From: Octopus bimaculoides
Taxonomy: Eukaryota
DNA length: 41,183 nt
NCBI RefSeq assembly: GCF_001194135.2
Contig: NC_068983.1
Location: 97,354,772 to 97,395,954, forward strand
Direction: 5' to 3'
In this document: positions 35,523 through 41,183 of the stretch, piece by piece
How positions within the stretch are numbered: position 1 is the stretch's first letter
Layout of the letters: each line of letters starts with the position of its first letter
Notes under the pieces: model-generated
What the model saw: only the letters and a program-made list of their open reading frames with translations
Told to the model about the DNA's origin: nothing
Databases searched by the model: none
Position numbers and translations under genes: made by a program

Positions 35523-35619
35523 ACAACAATAACAACAGCAGTAGCAGCAACAACAAATATCAGCAGCAATGATGGTGATGTGCTCGTATGTACTGAGTTT
35601 GCGATATCTCCAGCTATTC

Positions 35620-36290
35620 TATGACGGTCGGTAGGTGCGGTTGCTGTTTGTAAGACTAACTTTTTTAAAGGATATCTCTTTGACAGAGCTGTAGGCCAAG
35701 ATTAAACGTAGACTGGAGCCAAGCGCCAGTGATTGAGCGCCGTCAGGTGCTCACAGCTTTCTGCTTATTAGGAATGCAGTCGGTGGAGTCTTTACTATGA
35801 CATTCTTTACGGGGGGGATAAGTGGCCGGTAAAAGCGATGATGTGATGAGAGACACTAGAGCGTCTATGCGAATCAACCAGCTGGTCAGTTCCAGTGGAC
35901 ATTTGGTCCAGGGTCTATGAATAATTTCAAGAGATCACTAACCTGTCAGTGCTAGCGGGGTGAGTTGCCAGTTCTGGATAAACTCTACTGGCAATTCTCC
36001 TCCGTAGCGCCATCATCCGCACCTGCTCGATGTGTGTACAGAGTGACGAGACCGTCTTGTACACGTTCGAACTATGCTCGAGCATTGGCGACTCGCGGAG
36101 TTATGTCGATGATGAGATGATTACTCGATTGTGATGAATACCCCACCGCCATCCTTTGGCCGTAAAGGACAGGAAGGTTTCCTCTATCTGGTGGCTACAA
36201 TGAAGGGATTGTAAGTTGGATGAACCTGAAACAACTGTAGACGGACACTTTCCTCCAAGGAATATCACTTTTCTGGTGTTCCTTGGTTTA
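35620..36290 (+). mobile_element. L1/Tx1-like LINE C-terminal fragment (zf-RVT region), decayed
   Basis: TFGPGSMNNFKRSLTCQC*RGELPVLDKLY, then CSMCVQSDETVLYTFELCSSI (CxxC...ET..H...C knuckle with His lost), then PPPSFGRKGQEGFLYLVA. Confidence 0.75.
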
Positions 36291-36439
36291 CCTATTGGCG
36301 AATTTTATTGTTATAATTTTCATCTTAATTATTACTGCCGCTTTTTAAAAATCGTTTATGCCCCTCCTTTTTTTTTTTTTGTACTCTACTAAATGTTTCC
36401 TGCGGCCCTTGTGGCCAATAAAGCAAGAGTTATTATTAT

Positions 36440-36618
36440 CACTATTGCTGTTGCTGCTATCATCATCATTGTTATCATTTTCATCCTCCTCCTCCTCCTC
36501 CTTCTCCTCCTTCTCGTCATCATCATCGTCATCGTTATCGTCGTCGTCGTCATCATCGTCATCATCGTCATCATCATCATCATCATCGTCGTCGTTGTCG
36601 TCGTCGTCGTCGTCGTCG

Positions 36619-36670
<52 letters not shown>

Positions 36671-36672
36671 TC
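36440..36672. repeat. Compound (ATC/CTC/GTC)n
   Basis: Direct reading; source of the poly-Asp/Ser ORFs. Confidence 0.95.
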
Positions 36673-36874
36673 ATATTTTCTCTTTTCAAATCTTGCCGAT
36701 ATTAACTTTCCATTCCACACCCTTGTAATCAATAAAATAATGTACCAGTTAAATGCAAGGTCGATTTCATTAGTTACCTCCCCTGCCAAAAGAAAAAACG
36801 ACCTCATTCTCTGTCCCTATGTTTAAAATATCTTTTGTAGCTGTAGCTTTATTATTATTATTATTATTATTATT

Positions 36875-36925
<51 letters not shown>

Positions 36926-36939
36926 GCTGTTGTTATTAA

Positions 36940-37147
36940 GACTGTGAGCTGGCAGAATTGTTAGAATGCTTGGCAAAATGCTCAGCGGTATTTCGTCCGT
37001 TTTTACGTTCTGAGTTCAAATTCCGGTGAGGTCGACTTTGCCTTTCATCCTGTAGGAGTTGATGAAATAAGTACCAGTTTAGCACTGGTTCGATGTAATC
37101 GACTTACTCCTCACCTGAAATTACCGGCCTTGTGCTAAAATTTGAAA
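36940..37147 (+). mobile_element. SINE family B, full copy between trinucleotide tracts (fragment also at ~36705-36795)
   Basis: Family consensus; preceded by (ATT)n(GTT)n at 36850-36937 and followed by ATC-rich repeats. Confidence 0.92.
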
Positions 37148-37202
37148 TCATTATCATTTTCTTAATCATCCCCATTATCTCCTTCACCGTTCATCACCAT
37201 CG

Positions 37203-37245
<43 letters not shown>

Positions 37246-37390
37246 ATCGTTAACAACATTATGATCTATACAATTCCACATTCAAACACAAATAATCATG
37301 CATATATGTATATATATTAAGATATTTAGCAACGCAGGCGCGTTGTCTCCTACTCTCTCTCTTTCTCTCTGTCACACACATACACACACA

Positions 37391-37441
<51 letters not shown>

Positions 37442-38147
37442 TGATGTATACATGCTAACTTTCCATAAATTATTTCTATCTGCTATTTCTAATGATACAA
37501 GACGTGTTGGAGAAGGAATTATACGAGGAAGGAAGTAAGGAACGACAAAACGAATTGGGGGGAGGCTCGGTCGGGTCGTTTTGTGGGGAAAGAATCTTTA
37601 CAATACAGTAAAACCGTGCCACAGTGCTACAATTTATTAGATTTATACGTGGAACAGTTATAATTGTTATTAGACGGGTTAAAATGGCGTCTTTTATCGC
37701 ACGCATCTCGTTGACACGTTGATGTATCGGTTTGTCATCTAATTGAACTGTGCACTCAACCATAAAGATCTGTCTCAACTTGTCGATAATTTATGCATCA
37801 ATCACGGGCGCAATAGTTCTCCTGCTCTTCAGAATCAGGTGAATATGATTGCGCAGCGATGCATGACATGCGCAGATGAATCTTCGCTTTTCACCACGCT
37901 GAATGTGACAGACATCTTGTGATCGCAGCTGATATTTGTTTTTATTGTTTACCACGGTTCGTGGAATCGAGGCAATTCACAGATTTTACGGGATCGAATA
38001 AAGTTTATGTGTAGAACATAAACCTGCTTCATTTGGAGAAATTGGAAGGCCATTACATTTCCATATCAAGGATATTTTTGGTGTAGATCAAACGCATTAA
38101 TACTGTGTAATAATTAATAATGTTATATGAAGGATGTGTTTGTACGG

Positions 38148-38252
38148 AAGTGATAAGGTCTATTGAATCGACCTCGGTTATGTTTCTGGTCTTTATTTTA
38201 TCAATCCCAGTGAGATGAAAGTTAGTCTATTCCGATGAGATTTAAACTCAAC
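38148..38252 (-). mobile_element. SINE family B, old fragment
   Basis: attgaatcgacctcgg...tttattttatcaatccc...gatgaaag...gatttaaactca. Confidence 0.55.
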
Positions 38253-38412
38253 CTAAGAAGAAATAAATGTAATGTATTTTAATCAAGAAATCATATGTAT
38301 ACACTGACCCAGACACACACACGCAAGCACACACAAACAAACATACACAAACACATGTATACATACATATATATATATACATATATATATGTATGTATGT
38401 ATATGTATATAT

Positions 38413-38448
<36 letters not shown>

Positions 38449-39085
38449 CATGCTCATATAGATATATACATATATATAATATATATGTATATATATATGT
38501 ATGTGTATGTNNNNNNNNNNATGCGTGCACGCACCTGCAGACACTCACACACACACACACACACACATGTACACACACACGTACAGGCACCCGCGCACAC
38601 GCACACGCTTGCGCGCACGCACACACACACACATACACACACACACACACAAAAACACACGTACACGCACACAAAAGCGAGCATTCACAGACACACACTC
38701 ATACACACTCACATACACACATAGACATATATACTTTGTTATATCATAGAAGTTGCTGTGACGTCGTCTACAAATGTTCAGAATACTCTACCCTTCATGA
38801 TCTGATTATCAAACATGACTCGCTCCGCTTCTTCGTACAAGGCCCGTGTGATGTGTGATGTGTACTGATGAGCAGCTCATTCTACTTTAAGCTTATCTCA
38901 GACAGAGCCTTCGTCACTAAGTGGATAATCCATTAGATGTATAAAACACATTTGAAAAGATGCTGAGAAAAGTAACACTTATGAAACAATAGGAAAGCCA
39001 CTTAGTGGCTAATAGATGTGCTAGAAATATCAGCCAGTACTCCTTGTGATAACACGCTACAATCTTAATAAAAGAAAAGGTAGCT

Positions 39086-39856
39086 TTTATCTTTTACTTG
39101 TTTCAGTCATTAGATTGCAGCCACCCTATTTAGTTGCATGAAACGATCGTACTGCATTACTTCTGGATAACCTTGCTGCTTATTTTGATTANNNNNNNNN
39201 NNNNNNNNNNNNNNNNNNNNNNNNNNNNNNNNNNNNNNNNNNNNNNNNNNNNNNNNNNNNNNNNNNNNNNNNNNNNNNNNNNNNNNNNNNNNNNNNNNNN
39301 NNNNNNNNNNNNNNNNNNNNNNNNNNNNNNNNNNNNNNNNNNNNNNNNNNNNNNNNNNNNNNNNNNNNNNNNNNNNNNNNNNNNNNNNNNNNNNNNNNNN
39401 NNNNNNNNNNNNNNNNNNNNNNNNNNNNNNNNNNNNNNNNNNNNNNNNNNNNNNNNNNNNNNNNNNNNNNNNNNNNNNNNNNNNNNNNNNNNNNNNNNNN
39501 NNNNNNNNNNNNNNNNNNNNNNNNNNNNNNNNNNNNNNNNNNNNNNNNNNNNNNNNNNNNNNNNNNNNNNNNNNNNNNNNNNNNNNNNNNNNNNNNNNNN
39601 NNNNNNNNNNNNNNNNNNNNNNNNNNNNNNNNNNNNNNNNNNNNNNNNNNNNNNNNNNNNNNNNNNNNNNNNNNNNNNNNNNNNNNNNNNNNNNNNNNNN
39701 NNNNNNNNNNNNNNNNNNNNNNNNNNNNNNNNNNNNNNNNNNNNNNNNNNNNNNNNNNNNNNNNNNNNNNNNNNNNNNNNNNNNNNNNNNNNNNNNNNNN
39801 NNNNNNNNNNNNNNNNNNNNNNNNNNNNNNNNNNNNNNNNNNNNNNNNNNNNNNNN

Positions 39857-39928
<72 letters not shown>

Positions 39929-40064
39929 CAAGCTTCTTCAGTTTCCGACTTATAAGTGTTTGGTTAGCTGGAAGCCATAAGCCGAAGGTACCACGCAGTG
40001 GGACTGAACCGAGAATCAAGTGCTTGAGAAGCAAGCTTCTTACCACACAGCCACATCTGCACCT
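39086..40064 (-). mobile_element. SINE family A probably spanning the gap (tail 39086-39125; head/body 39926-40064)
   Basis: cttttacttgtttcagtcatt tail left of the gap; cacgcagtgggactgaacc...cttaccacacagccac head right of the gap, in the same orientation. Confidence 0.65.
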
Positions 40065-40232
40065 AAAGTACTCCTATATACCATATATACTTTTATATAT
40101 AGACAGGGGCAGCCTATTCAATTTACCTCCGGTTCGGTTCGGGTACGTGATGTTGATAAGCCACAAAGTACCGAAACATCGATGTCCACCGCTCCCGAGT
40201 GCGACTCTCGCTTGTCTATCACTATGACTTTT

Positions 40233-40440
40233 AGGTGACCTAGTGCTTAGTGTGTTGCACTCAAGATCGCGAGATCGTGGTTTCAGTTCCTAGACCGGGT
40301 GGTGCGTTCTGTTCTTGAGCAAAGCACTTCATTCACATTGCTCTGCGATCATCTCGACACCTGAAACGTGGTATACCGTGCACCTGTTCAGGCAACGTTA
40401 TTTTGATGGAGGGTGTGAGCTAATTTACAGCACATAGATT
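40233..40440 (+). mobile_element. SINE family C-related copy
   Basis: tagtgcttagtgtgttgcactcaagatcg...gtttcagttcc...gttcttgagcaaagcacttcattcacattgctc matches the head and core of 3975-4204 but has a different 3' part. Confidence 0.65.
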
Positions 40441-40852
40441 TTAATGACAATAAATAAATCATTCGTTCAGGTCGTTCGGCAAAAGCTGAACACACAAACG
40501 TCGTCTTCGACCGGGGAATCCACAATGTACTTTATAATTTCTTATAGCCAAGACGATAACAGCCAAAGAGAGACGTTGATACAAGGTCTCCTGCAGCTTG
40601 TATTAACGTCTGTCGTTGTGCTAATCAATAACAACAGCAACAACAAAAACAACGTAGCAACAAAAACAACAATAACACAGAATTATAAGAGGTACTATGG
40701 ATAAGGTATATAGGACAGAGTTTGATTGGGAATACTTAATTATCACTCACATTATGAAAGAGAACTGGCGTCCATTCGTTGGCACGTAACTGCAGATTTA
40801 TATTTTCTTCGCCGTTCTCTCCGCTTTGCTTTGGACCTGTTCTCTGCCTGTC

Positions 40853-40853
40853 T

Positions 40854-40887
<34 letters not shown>

Positions 40888-40893
40888 TAATCA

Positions 40894-40969
<76 letters not shown>

Positions 40970-41137
40970 GTCTGTCTGTCTGTCTGTCTGTCGGTTGTGT
41001 CTGACTGCCTGTCTGCCTGTCTGTTTGTTTATCTGTCGGCTAGCTCTCTTTCTATTTCTTTAAATACTTAAATATATATATGTGTGTGCATATGTATATA
41101 CATATACATACATATACAGTACATATACATATATACA

Positions 41138-41183
<46 letters not shown>
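40853..41183. repeat. Compound (AATC)n-(TATC)n-(TGTC)n and (TA)n
   Basis: Direct reading. Confidence 0.95.

Noticed and set aside
38749-38880. Protein-like short frames (SCCDVVYKC... on plus; RALYEEAERVMFDNQI on minus)
   Set aside because: Both stop quickly; could be a decayed LINE or chance.

Overview
Repeat-saturated eukaryotic DNA from a gapped draft assembly (many N runs; long TA, TG, CT, CTAT, CATA, AAT and GAA microsatellites). The repeat families look like those of an octopus (coleoid cephalopod) genome. That assignment is inferred from recalled repeat families, not from a search. No intact host gene can be supported, and most of the ORF track is microsatellite or N read-through. Supported content: three 5'-truncated R4/Dong-like (RLE endonuclease) retrotransposon 3' ends, each abutting a simple repeat; a Penelope-like GIY-YIG fragment inside an inverted repeat; two RTE-clade LINE fragments; an L1/Tx1-like LINE fragment; an internally deleted mariner with both TIRs; and about 30 copies of at least three tRNA-derived SINE families (called A, B, C here). 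The best leads are microsatellite-specific retroposon targeting (including an apparent (CATA)n-targeted RLE family), a module shared by two otherwise different SINE families, two near-perfect inverted duplications, and an NF-Y/RFX promoter-like motif cluster. I found no clearly new biological system. Repeat boundaries are approximate.
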